Assembly (NCBI RefSeq): GCF_009834535.1
Contig: NC_045697.1
Location: 81,594,001-81,658,000 of the forward strand
Direction of reading: 5' to 3'
Origin: Camelus ferus
Lineage: Eukaryota
DNA: 64,000 bases
The notes under the pieces were generated by a model. It did no database searches and was not told the DNA's origin. It saw nothing but the letters and a program-made list of their open reading frames with translations. The translations under genes were made by a program, and so were the position numbers. Below are positions 25,766 through 38,148 of this stretch, piece by piece (the stretch's first letter is position 1; each line of letters begins with the position of its first letter).

Positions 25766-26690
25766 GTATGTAATAAAGTAATGCATAATTTAAATATTCA
25801 ATAATTGAGTCATGAAAATCACGTATATATCTCTATATATATCTTCCTATTATTAAATAATATACATTGATGGGTTTTATGTAACTAAAATTACCTTTTC
25901 ACTCTCCAAATAAGGTATGACTTCCATCAAAATTTTCATTGGAATATAATTTTCAGAAGCAATAGTTTCTTTTGTTTTGTTTGGGTAGAAGTTTTCCCAT
26001 ATGTTTCTCATAGAAGTAGTAATTTCATTTAAAATCACAGATGGGTTATTGGTATAGAAATCTGAACAACTGAGGACAGACATTACCTAAAATGTCTTAG
26101 GTCATTTTACTGGTGCCACTTACTTTCTTTGAGAAAGAATGTTTCTTCTAAAACATCTGTAAGTAAGGCATGAATGCAAGCTATTTTCACTTTCTATTGC
26201 TTTTTAAAATAATAATCATTCTCTTGTAAAGCCAGATACACTGAGTGACAGAATACAACCCAACTTTAGTTAAAAAAATCATATTTTAATAGTTATAAAC
26301 ACTAATGTAATCATTTTCTCCCTAGCCAATGAATGAGGTAATTAGGTACCGTAGAACAAAGGAAGGAAAAAATAAAAATTAAAAGATTGCTTTATCATAT
26401 AGAGTAGAGCAAAGGCTATATAAAGAAAAGTAATCATACCTCCTGATGGCATATCATTGAATATCTGAATCTGCTCAGCATTTATATTTATAATTACCAC
26501 GTAAGATATCAAATAGGTCTAACTTATAAATTCCTGGATTTCTGCTGTCTGGTAAAAGTAAGAGTAAAACAACACTTAAATTTGTGATTTGCTTAAGAAA
26601 TATTTTCATTCTTTTCAGTTTTTACATATTTGCTTTTCCTATTATATTACAAATCCTCATTAGTCTGCATGTTCTCTCTCTGTTCCTCAG

Positions 26691-26794
26691 ATGAGTGACC
26701 GTCATCAATGAATGGGTCGCTGCTGAAGAGGCATCACAATTGAATGCATAATCAAAAACCATGAAGAAAAATTTCATTCAGAAGGAAGACCAAA
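26691..26794 (+). other. Candidate 104-nt exon (non-coding or start-containing)
   Basis: Branch-like tcctcat, acceptor gttctctctctgttcctcAG| and donor AAA|GTGAGT. All three frames hit stops near the 5' end; accATG at 26761. Confidence 0.35.
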
Positions 26795-27099
26795 GTGAGT
26801 CAGGGCAACAGCATGAGCCATTTCAGGGCTTCTAAAAGCACAGGTTCTCTGTGAACTTTTCATTTTAATTTTCTGTAAATGACTTACTTTAAGCAGCAGA
26901 CTCTTACACATGACATCTTTTCCAAAAAAGCAGAAATGAGAGTATGCTTGAAATTATCAACTAAAAGTTGAAATCAAATGGCAATAGCCATGATGGAAAG
27001 GTGAGAAACAGTGAGAAAAAGAAGTAGAGCTGTAGATTTGCGTGTATGACTAACTGGTTATCAAGATAGTAAAATTCTTCGTTGCTATAGCAAAGGAGC

Positions 27100-27340
27100 A
27101 GCAAAATGGACATTTTGAGATTAACTCAGCAGGTGCAGGAACCAGTCAATGCCTTCCAGCGGCTGCTCTGTACATGTCATTGGGAACTGACGTTAACTTC
27201 ACAAACACACCTGATCGAGGAATGGAGCCAAGGGAATGAATACTCGGCCACTTATTTATTCAGTTGTTTCTTTTCTCCCATTGCCTCTTTAAGTAAAAAC
27301 CAAATTTCTTACAGAAGCATTTCAGACTGCATTGCTTAAT
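27100..27340. promoter_or_regulatory. Candidate enhancer
   Basis: Unique GC-richer patch with E-boxes CAGGTG (27130) and CACCTG (27208), TGACGT (27188) and two GGAATG TEAD-type motifs (27219, 27233). Confidence 0.35.
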
Positions 27341-28563
27341 TCTCTAATACTTAGCTGTGGCCTCACCAGGTACTTGGCTTACTTATTAATAACAATGGCT
27401 ATGATATCGTTCTGAAAAGAAAAATAAAAAATAACTCTGACAGTCTTTCTTGTTTGGATTTCATTTTCCAATAAGGAAAGTTGAGTTGTTCATTACCAAC
27501 TTCCATTAATCTTGAGGATATCAGAAACATATAAAGATCATTTAACAGATTAATAAGAATTGAAATGAAGGTAAACTTAGTATATTTACTTGAAACTTTT
27601 AAACTTTTCCTTTCTCTTTTTTCCTCTTTTCTTCTTTTTACTCTATGGCTATTCTTCTCTCATTACTTTTTTTCCCTTTATCCAATCCTGTTCTCCCAAA
27701 CATTTCATTCCTTTGTTTTCTTACAGTGGTGAGGGTGATTGTGGTCACAGAACAGACGATTGGAACTTAGATATGGACTGAGGGATGGCTAGGGAAATGA
27801 GACAATCAATGATGCTTGCTTATGCCATCTTCTGAATATTCCCTCATATTAGACATGCTGAAAATACTGACCTGAATATTCTAATGGTTTAAGAGGAAGG
27901 CTAGTATTTACACTGAGAAAATTCTAATAGAATTAGAAAAGATAGAAAATATATAAAGGCACTATGATAATGAAATATTTCATTAATAAAAAGTTTTATA
28001 AAAAGCATGACAAAATTAAGTGAGCATACCTGTGCCAAATATATACGATTTAATTATGTTTCTTTGGTTCAGTTCACCAACTTAGATAAGGAACATAAAA
28101 ATATGAAAATAAATACCACTGTAGCAATTTAAATAATTACACACAATTTTAAAAGAAAATACATTCTCTTTATATTATTGCCTTGGTAACACACTAAACT
28201 CAAATATTAAAGACTATATTTAACATTTCCTTGTAAGGGTCATAAATGCAATTATTTTCCTAAAATTACTATTGATTATATAAAATCATTTTATGAAAGG
28301 TCATTTCAAATTGATCATTCTCATTATTCAAAAGCTTATTATTTTGATTTGAATTGGAATGAACTTTTTTTATAATGGCATATATAGAATGTTACATTAT
28401 ATATTATTAAATCTCATTTTTGTATTCAAGAAATATTGAAAAAATTAGTATTTGTAAGCTTAAAAAGAATCTGTCAAATATATTAATTAATCCAAATCTT
28501 GCTCCCTAAAGTTTTCAAGTAATTTGTATCCAAGAGTATTTGAAACTTTCTTTGTGTCGGAAA

Positions 28564-29006
28564 TGTGGCAGAGATTACTAATTACTGATTCAAGATCCAT
28601 TCTCTCCTTTTACTTTAGTAACAAAAAGAGTATGTTGATAGAAGCAAGAATATATGAGTAAATTCAGCTATAAAAAACTCCTTCATTTCTTGTCTTCCCT
28701 TTGCAAAAACGAGTACTCAGAACGTATACTGCAAAGCCATTGAGTGGAACTTTGAGGAAAGCTGGCACATTCCCTACTTTCCCCTTCTCTTGTTCCTGAG
28801 TATGAGTAGTAATTAGTGATTGGTATTCTAGTAACAATCTTGTTGAGCAGAAGGTAATCTGAAGTAGTAAAAATGGCATTGACAGATGGAAGAATCCTAG
28901 CACCTATTAGGGACATTGTTGAGATACACAACCCGCTCTGAGCTACCTGCATAAAACTTCAGCTATAGTTTAAAGCACTTTTATTTCAGGTCAATTTTCC
29001 TAGAAG
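28564..29006 (+). mobile_element. Old MaLR LTR (MLT1J/K-like)
   Basis: tgtggcagaga...atccattctctcctttt start; tttaaagcactt...agccaacaccatcactgataca end. Confidence 0.6.
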
Positions 29007-29514
29007 CCAACACCATCACTGATACACTACAAACATTTCAATTACAACTACACTTCTAGGTGTTTATTTTTCCATTTGTGTTCCAAGGGACAGAAGTTCA
29101 GTAAACTTGACTATGTTGTGCTGATGACTGTCTCCTACCCCTGCCCTAACTAAATAGGTCTTCTCAGAGTTCCATATAGGTAACATAGGTATCAGGTTGT
29201 GAAAATTTCAGTGATGGAGAGTGGAGGCTGCAGGAGTTACAGACAGACTTGGTGTTACTGATTTGAACTTGAAATTAAAATATGTATTAATGGATACAAA
29301 GTCCAACATGCACACAAATAATCACACTGAGATTAACGTGATTTTTTTTTAAGATTTAAAAGGCTATTTCTCTGGGAAGGTTATTTTCTGATAAACGTTT
29401 TAGTATTTTCATTGTTCCCTAAAAGCTTGCTATGTTTCTTTATTGTTAGCTTTTAAGGAAAAAAAAACAGATTTATACTTTGAAAATTTTAAATGTTCTT
29501 TTTTAGGTTTAAGG

Positions 29515-29579
29515 GTACATATTTATAGGACAAACCTTGGTGTTTGTACACATTTATAGGACAAACCTTGGTGTTTGTA
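29515..29579. repeat. 31-bp tandem duplication
   Basis: gtaca(t/c)atttataggacaaaccttggtgttt twice, followed by gta. Confidence 0.97.
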
Positions 29580-29949
29580 TGTTGTACACGTGGAAAAATG
29601 TAAGAAATAAGAATGAGATAAGAAATCTGTATGTATTTGAGAACAGACTGTTATTCCAGGGATACCCTCCTGGTAAATTTCCTATTTCTGTTTGTCTTTC
29701 ATATGTAAGATTATCTGTCTGCATATAAATTGCAACCACTGGTCTCAGTTCTACTGTCTGGAGACTACAGAAATACATAGTTCTCCATCCAGCTGATGTA
29801 TCATCCAATATTTGATGACAGTTAATATTTAAACCTGAGTTCTTTTCTCTCTTTAAATCACTCCATAAAATGTGTTTTCAAATGTCACTAACTGTGATTT
29901 ATGGAATTTATGATAATAATTATGTTGATTGCAAGGAAATGAGAAGATT

Positions 29950-30160
29950 TTATAGAAATGAATACAGAGGTATATAGGAATAAAATTACATAATAAGTGA
30001 TACTTTGTTTCAACTTATCCACATAAAGAGCATTGAATAAATAAACATACATGACAAAATCTTAATAATTATTTAATCTAGATCATGGCCATAAGGGGGT
30101 TTATTGTACTATTCTATCTTTTAATACCTTAGAAAATGCTTTCTTTATAATTGAAAATTG
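29950..30160 (+). mobile_element. Old L1M 3'UTR fragment
   Basis: atgacaaaatcttaataattatttaatctaga...gggggtttattgtactattctatc resembles L1MD/ME 3' ends. Confidence 0.5.
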
Positions 30161-31114
30161 AGATTGCATTGGAAATAATGACAGAGTTCAAGCATCAGCA
30201 AATCATTAAAGATAAGGTTTCTTAAATTAAAGAGTAAATATTAACAAAACACCATAATTTTGATGTTCTAAAATTTGGTATCTTTCTTATGTAACTTAAG
30301 TTATTTATGTTTTTATGTTTAACATCATCTTATGACTCAGAGAACTTCATACAATATTGCAGATTCAACCTGACCAGTAAAGTACACCTGGTCAGAGGCA
30401 TGATACAATTAGCATCCTGTTTTCTGTGCTATCTTCCTGTTAAAGGAGCCAAAACCTATCAGCTTTTTGACACATTCCTCGCACTAACAATTCATAGCAC
30501 ACTTTAATAAATTATCTTCTGTATGATATAAACATGGATAGATAGACATACATAGACATGTACAGATATAATGTGCTGCTAAGTACTTTAGTTTCCATTT
30601 CCACAGGGACTATTTAGGATGATGTTGTCTTTGTGTAGGTAAGTTCTTTATCTCTAAACTCAGTGTTTAATTATTTTTGCTGAAACAGCCCACTGTTTCA
30701 GCTTTTTAGGATCATTTTGAATTCTAATACTTTCATCAAAATAATTTACTGTTGTTCTTAGCTCCTTAAGTTCAGGAAATCTGGTAGATGTGACTTTAAT
30801 GGTCTAATCCAAGTTTTATATATGAAAGTATAAAGTGTGCTAAGTTCTGTTTAAATTTAATTCATTACTATTACTAATAGGCTCAATTATTTAAAAAAAT
30901 GACAAAGACCTGGCCAACAAAAGAGCTATCTAAATTAGCAATGCTTATCAAGTATTATCTCTAAAATATTATGAATAATTTCATAAATAGGTATAAGTAA
31001 TGAAAGTTTCTGCTCAATCCTTTTGTTTTCCACCTTCTCTACCACATGTAGTTTATATAATTTCTGTGAATTTCTTTGTTTTACTACCACATTTCTCTAT
31101 CACTTAACACTAAA

Positions 31115-31182
31115 CTACATATATATAACTGTATATATACATATATACACACATATGTATATATATGCATACATATACATAT
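31115..31182. repeat. TA/CA-rich low-complexity repeat
   Basis: Interrupted (TA)n/(CATA)n. Confidence 0.9.
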
Positions 31183-31299
31183 AGAATTCCTTTCCATGTT
31201 TTAATATTCATATGTCTAATTTTAGCTTCTGTGGTTTCCTGAAGCTGACTTTTAAATATTTTTCTATTAAAGTATTTCCTACATATATTGCGTAACAGC

Positions 31300-31620
31300 A
31301 ATGATCTCTCATCACCAATTTACTACTACTCACACTGAGCATCTGTCTCACCAGCCACAGAGGCTAGTGGCATGCTGCTCTAAAGAGGCCAACCAATGTC
31401 TTGGTGACAAATTGGTAATAGTGCACCCCTTCTAACCTGGAAATAACAACATTTCATTCTAATAGTGTTTACATGTATTCCAGTTATAAGTTTGCCTCTC
31501 CTGTCCACAGACTTCACCCAGCATCACTATCAGAGGCTCACAGAAGTCTCATTCACGAGAGTGTGATTCTGCCTAACATGCCTCAGACTTAGAGACCTAC
31601 TTTATGGAAAATGAATGGTT
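31300..31620 (+). mobile_element. ERVL internal (integrase) remnant
   Basis: Decayed matches to ERVL integrase motifs: tggtgacaaattggtaatagtgcacccctt (WWQVDYIGPL), tattccagttataagtttgcc (YSGYGFA), tcagacttagagacctacttt (SDQGTHF). Confidence 0.7.
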
Positions 31621-32619
31621 TGCTCATTCTCTGACTGTACAGTAAAAGGAGCGGTATGGTTTGGAAGAGCTAACCCTGGGCAGCCCCATCACTCTACAAC
31701 TTTCCATCCTCACTGGTATGAGTTCTATTTCTGTCTCTCCCAGGAATTTGACCACTGATAGACTGGTCTACCTTATCCAGTTGCTGGTCTAATCATGCAC
31801 ATTCTCCTCGCTAATGTGATCTTAAACTTTCCTACTAAAAGTGGCTGTTCTTCCCCACTGAATCATTTCTCCTCTTGGGATTGGTTTTAAATATTTGTTG
31901 AATGAATACATTATTACCACCCACAGTATTCCTTTTCTAATTTAGCCTGAAGTCTGTTCACATAACCTTTATAAATAATTGCTTTCTTCCTATAGTTCTT
32001 CTATGTACATAATTTTATGCTATTATTTAATTTGTTAAATCTAATATTCTCTCCTGGCTTTCATAATCTGGGATAATATGATTTTGCTATACTTGAGCAA
32101 TGATATTTTCCAGTATTTCTCAGACACCTAAAGCAAGCTTCAGTGCAGGTAAATTTTTACCAGTGGGATTCCCAGGACTTCACTCATTCTATTCAGTCTT
32201 TGTTTATGATTGACTACCACGTATCTTCTGCTACAAAGCCTTTTCTAGTTAAGGCCACATATTTTCCCTCTCTGAAGTATACAGCATTTTAAAACAATAA
32301 TGCAATTATTTCAATTATTTCATGCCTTATTTTCCCTTATTTTCTAATTTATTTTTAAATAAATATTCATATCTGTGTGGGTGTATGTATGGATATGTGT
32401 ATTTGTGTGTATATTTCCTTTTCTTATATCCCTCACAAATCCTAGAAATGCTGAGTGTGAAGTAGGCACTCAGAGTGAATGCCTTATAGTTAACTGGCTG
32501 ATTTATCATTCTGGACTTCCTCTTTTTATTTGAAAATCAGAGATAGAAATAGTTGGTTTTATTTCAGACTTATTTTAGGAAATAGCTGTGGCCAGATTCT
32601 TTGTAATAATGGTCACATG

Positions 32620-32730
32620 ATATGGAATCAGATAGCCTGATTTAGAATCTCTATTTTGTGGTTATTAACTGTGCAACCTTAAGCAAGTTACCCTCTCTGA
32701 TTCTCCGTTACCTTATCTTTATGATACAAC
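32620..32730 (+). mobile_element. MIR fragment
   Basis: ggaatcagatagcctgatttagaatc...taactgtgcaaccttaagcaagttaccctctctga (MIR core). Confidence 0.75.
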
Positions 32731-34039
32731 TCATAGATCATCATCACATCATCAATGCCAAACATAATAATTATATTTATGAAGCACTACCTGTGTGCCA
32801 GAAAATATCCTAATAATACTCAAGATAAGAAGCATATAAATGAATTTTAATAAAGGTAGTAGCCAATGGAAGTTTTAAGTATGGAATGATTTATTAAGAA
32901 ATCATGAGGCTCTGCTTTCAGGTCATACTGGTATTCTATCAGAATTCATAGTAAATCAGTAGATAAAAATAATCTATATTATTCAGAGTCCATTCCTTAT
33001 CAAGAACCAGAGCAGTGGATCAGAATTAAAATATTGGTCAGTGAAACTGGACACTCTCATTATATGACTCCAATAGTCTAGTATAAGCTACTGTAGGATA
33101 AGACAAGTTCATATTATTCAAAGACTCACTATTTAGAAAGGAAAATAGAAAAATAAGTACTTTTCAACATTGACCAAACCCTTTCTTTATATTAACTACA
33201 ATTTGGTAAATATATTTGTGCTATAGTAAATAGTTAGAAATCTTAACAGAGGATTTTACCAGTAAGGATTTATAGAGTACATTTTTTCAGGCTTTAAAAT
33301 GATTCCTGAAACAGTGTACTAATTTATTTGAGAATATAATACTTATAAAAAGTTGATTATAGGAGTCTATTAACAAAGTAAGTTAAGAGGAAAGCATAAA
33401 AATAGGGTGCTCGCAATTAATTGTTAAATGCCTAGCATACAATAGCAATTAACTCTGAATAATGAGATGCTGGATGTCTTACTCAACTTGATATGCCTTT
33501 GGTATTGCATTTACAGTGCATTTTTAACTGCATCATGTTTTGCCTCCCATGCATTTGTTCGCACTCAACATGAGGCATGAGGAAAAGAAAAACACAAACA
33601 TTTCCATCGGTACCTGAAGGTTTCTGATGGGAAAACATTTAGAAAATAATTTTAAGTAGATGCAACAAGTTAATGCTAAAATCAATAGCTGTATTTTTAT
33701 TCTTAAGTAAGGTCATCATGAAATGGCACAGTGTCATAGGCAATTACAAAATATTCTAAATATCTAGGATTCCCAGCATTCCTAGGAAGTTTATTGGTTA
33801 TCAGCGAGCTGTATCACAAGTGAGAGATTTATAAGTAGAAAAACACACCAAATAATCAGTATCCTAGCCTTGACTTAACTACAAAATTGAGGAAAATGTC
33901 TAAAGCAAAACAATATCAACAACAATTTTATGAAAAAGTACTGACTAGGATATTAAAATGAAATTAAAAACATTAGTAGGTAAAATAAAAGTTCATCACT
34001 GTCAGAAGGGCTTATAGACTTGTCTATAATAAAAATTAA

Positions 34040-34990
34040 TTAAAAAATAAAAGACTGGCATCCAGATTGGAGGGAAAAGTAACACTCTATTCACAAAATG
34101 TTATAGATAGAAAATCCTAAGGAATCCACTAGAAAACTATTATATCTAATAACTGAGTTCAGCAAGATTGGAAGACACAAAATTAACACAAGAAGCCATT
34201 TTGTTTCTATATATTGGCAGTTACCAATTTGAAAATAAAATTAAGAAAACAATTACATTCACAAGAGTGTCAAAATAATAAAATTCTTAGGAACACATTT
34301 AACAAAAGAGGCGCAAAATATATACTCTGAAAACTACAGAAGATTGTTGAAAAAAATTAAAGATCTAAATAATGAAAAAAAATTCCATATTCACAGACTG
34401 GAAGACTTAAAACTGTTAAAGCGATAATACCCCCTAAACTGATCTATAGATTCAACATAATCTCTAACAGAATCCCAGATGACTATGTAGAAATTAATGA
34501 GGTTGATCTAAAATTTATATGGAAATGTAAGGCAGCCAGAATAGTCAAAATAATCCTGAAAAATAAGGACAAAGTAGAAGGACTCACATTTCCAGATTTC
34601 AAAACTTACTACAAAGCAAGAATAATCAAGAGACTGTGATACAAGGATAGACATACAGATCAATGGAATAGAACTGAGAGTCCAGAAATAAACCCATACA
34701 TCCTTGGTCAACTGATTTCCAACAAGGATACCAAAACCAACCAGTCAGGGAAAAAACAGCCTTTCAACAAAGGGTGTTGGGACAACTAAATAATCACAAG
34801 CCAAAAAATGAAATCAGATCCTTATCTCACAACATCTATAAAAATTAACTCAAAATGCATCAAAGAGTAAATGCAAGAACTGACATTCTAAAATTCTAAG
34901 AAAGGAAACTTTAAAGTAAGTCTTATTTTGAGCTAAGGAAGGAAGTTATTTAAATATACACTGAAAGCAAAAAAAAAAAAAAAAACAGGA
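34040..34990 (+). mobile_element. LINE-1 ORF2 fragment (L1MB-like)
   Basis: gaaaatcctaaggaatccac, gagttcagcaag, ccagatttcaaaacttactacaaagc, gatcaatggaatagaactgagagtccagaaataaaccc. Confidence 0.92.
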
Positions 34991-35289
34991 AAAAGAAAAC
35001 ATCTGTATCATTAAAACAACTTTTAAAATTTGAATTATAACTAATTCTATTAGATGTTATGTCAGATTATTTAACTAAATGCTTCAACACGCTTTTTCTT
35101 TTCTCCCCCTCCCTTCAGTTTTGTATATAGCATGTATAGGAAGTATCTGTGACGACCTGAACTTCCACAGTAAATGGAGAATGAGATAGAGAACCAGTAT
35201 TCTAATACATTCTTTATAAACTAGATGCCTAAAAAATAATATATTTGGGGAAAAAAAGATAGAGTAACGTTTTCCAGGTCATACATGAT

Positions 35290-35510
35290 ATGGTATATGA
35301 AGATATGCTTTGATATCAGACATTCTATTCATAAATTCTTTGTCTTTGTCTAATTAACTTTATGACCTTAAATCATTCACACTCTGTTTCAGACTTTTTA
35401 TCGGTCAAATTAGGCTAACTTCTGTATTGTATAATAGTTGTGCAAACTGAGCTCATTTTGATACCTTACATAAAACTTATCACATGTCTCTGTACCTGGG
35501 AAATGTTTAA
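35290..35510 (+). mobile_element. Degraded MIR
   Basis: tttgatatcagaca...taactttatgaccttaaatca...gtttc, a core-like layout. Confidence 0.45.
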
Positions 35511-35696
35511 GGAAAAAGTAGAATTTTTTTATTAATGTGATATGTTGGCATTTTGTTTGTATTTAATTCAAAACAAAACAAAAATACAGCAAATGAACAT
35601 CCACCCAGCATCCCAAGAATCTAGTACCAAATACAAACATTGCAAGTTTACCAGAAACGCAAGCTGAAACTTGCTCTGAAATGAAGTTTAACTCTC

Positions 35697-35980
35697 TTTT
35701 TTCAGTTTTATTCATGTATGATTCATAAATAAAATTTTATATATTTAAAGTGTACAATGTGATGATTAAAAAAATAGGTATATTATTACCACAATCAGAT
35801 TAATTTAACACATCCATCATCCATCACCTCTCATACTTAAATGTACACACGTGTACGTGTGTCGAGAGTGTTCAAGACCTACCACCTGAGTAACTTTCAA
35901 GTCCACAATACAGTACTATTAAGTGTAGTTAGTGTGTTGTGCATTAGATTCCTAGAGTTTATTCATAGTATAACTGAAGG
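35697..35980 (-). mobile_element. LINE-1 3'UTR fragment (L1MA-like)
   Basis: Reverse-complement similarity to the 3'UTR at 9100-9370 (tatatttaaagtgtacaatgtgatg...cattagattcctagagtttattcat). Confidence 0.85.
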
Positions 35981-37389
35981 AAGACAAGGAGAATTTTAAA
36001 AGGTCAAAGAAATTTAACTCTCAACAAAAATCCTCAAAGCTTCCTGCAGCTCTCTTAAAAGTACAAGAATGGCAGGGTGAAATGGCAGCTGTTAAAATAA
36101 AATCCTGAGGAGTTTCATTGTATAGTGAAGATTGATGTTAAAGGAATAGTGATGTTAAAGGCTTAGTTAGTAGGACATTTATTGGAAATTATGATGGATG
36201 TTAAAAAAGTATAGATGTAAAATATATATATACATGAAAGCATGGAATAAACACTTATATATACATATATGCAAACTTCCTGTAATTAATAACAAGGAAC
36301 AAGGCAGAGTAATGTGACTGTTTCAAGAAGCTTTCAAAAGCAGATTTCAACCAGAAATGGTTATTTGAGATGACTCTCTATACCTCATGAGATCAGCCTA
36401 ACACTAATTTAAGTCCTATTGTTTTACTGATAAGAACAAATAGACTATAAACTTGATCTATAAGTTATGTAATAATCAAATATGACTTTTGGTTTTCTAT
36501 GCTATGGTAATAAAGGTGTGTTGAATTTAGAAGGTTCTAGAACAGAAAAAAAGGCTGATGTGGTGACAATTTGCCAGGGATATAAATAATCATGTTGTCA
36601 CTTTAGAAAGAGTTCTTCAATTCTTTATTTGTTGTGATGGTGTATTTGGCTTCTGTTTCTTATTTACCTTTTTATGATTATTAAGATCTGTTTTTATGGA
36701 GACAAATTAAAGCAACTTTTTTTTTGTTTGTTTTTGCTTTTTTTTTTTTTAGCTACTTTTGTAGGCCTTTGTTTTGCAAATAGTGATTAAGTACACTTAT
36801 TCTTCTCATTGTATAAAGCAGCTACAATTATATAAAATAGAACAGAGCTTTGTCTTCCCCTACAGCACGTTTACCTAATATATTAGTTTCTATTTTTGAT
36901 GTTTATGCCTCAAATATAAATATGCTATGTATTCACAGTAGCCACACGTCAGTTAAAACAAAAAATACAATTCCTAAAAAAATTACTTATCTTGTATATG
37001 AAACTCATTAAATATTACTTATTTTACTAAATTGCTCTTTCTATGCCTAAATTAACTACAGGTTTTTTTAATTATTATTTCTTAAGCATTCTCATTGCTT
37101 AAATTTTATTTCTTCCATATATTTTTCTGTTGGTCTACTTAATAAAGAGGTAAGTACTCAGGCATAAATGTTTTCAAAAAGTTCTTTGTAGCAGTGGGTT
37201 AAAATATTTTTATCTTTATTATTTGTGACAATTGGGTAAGAGTCAAAAATCAAGAAAGTTTTCTATGCTGAGAAGCTAATCAGATAATGTTTTATTTTAT
37301 GATTTCTAATCAAGGAGTTTTCTTATTTATGAATTTAAGAATAAGGCATCTTTGGAGATAACTTTCAGAAGGGAAAACTTCTCTTTGAA

Positions 37390-37630
37390 ATAATATCATT
37401 GACATTGATATTCCTTGGATGCTTACAAGGTGTTCGGAATTGTCTAAACACTTTAAGTGTGTATCTTATTTAAGTTCCATTGTATTTCTGTCAAAAATAA
37501 GCTTAAGAAATAGAGAGAGAGAGAGGACAGAGAGAGAATTTAAGAAAGTTCCACAAGGTTACACAACTACTAAGTATCAGAACAGGAATTCAAACTCATG
37601 CATTTGGATACCAGAGCTTGAACTCCTGAT
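37390..37630 (-). mobile_element. MIR
   Basis: ctaaacactttaagtgtgtatcttattt...gagaatttaagaaagttccacaaggttacacaactactaagt...ggaattcaaactcatg. Confidence 0.7.
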
Positions 37631-38134
37631 CACTGACCTGATCAATGACCGTAACTATCTCTCAAGAGGAAAGCAAATGAAAAGGCATGCTATGTTATTG
37701 ATAATACTGACGGAGCTTGGAAATTTTTTCTTTAATATATCTTTAAAGTGATCAAACTAACTGAAATAGCTGAAGTTTCATAACAGAAAATTAATCCATA
37801 TGACAGCAAAAAGATACTTGATTGAGGAGGAGACATGACACTTTCCCTTGGCATTTGGACTATCATTTGATGATTTTTAAGTAACTATTTTTAAAGAGTT
37901 CAGAAATACACACACATTTGTTAGAATGAGCATACACTGTTAATTTCTGTAGTATCATATCTGAAGTCCAAAACAGACTATTTCTTTCTAGTGTTTCACA
38001 AAGCCTTAAAATGTATGCAGTACCTTTATGATTTGAATCCACATTTGCATTGCTATTTGCCTGCACTTAGAAATCCAAATATAGAATAATCTTATGAATT
38101 TATTAATAAAGGGATTTTGAAGTTGAGTGTTTTG

Positions 38135-38148
38135 GTGCCACCTTCTGG
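38135..38148 (-). promoter_or_regulatory. Candidate CTCF site
   Basis: The minus strand reads CCAGAAGGTGGCAC, a 13/14 match to the core CCASYAGRKGGCRS, isolated in very AT-rich unique DNA. Confidence 0.45.

Noticed and set aside
29515..29579. CRISPR-like repeat (also 7163-7214)
   Set aside because: Only two adjacent copies with no spacers, in mammalian DNA.
30370..30395. 8-bp inverted repeat ctgaccag/ctggtcag (similar short stems near 32451 and 33601)
   Set aside because: Short stems are expected by chance in 64 kb.
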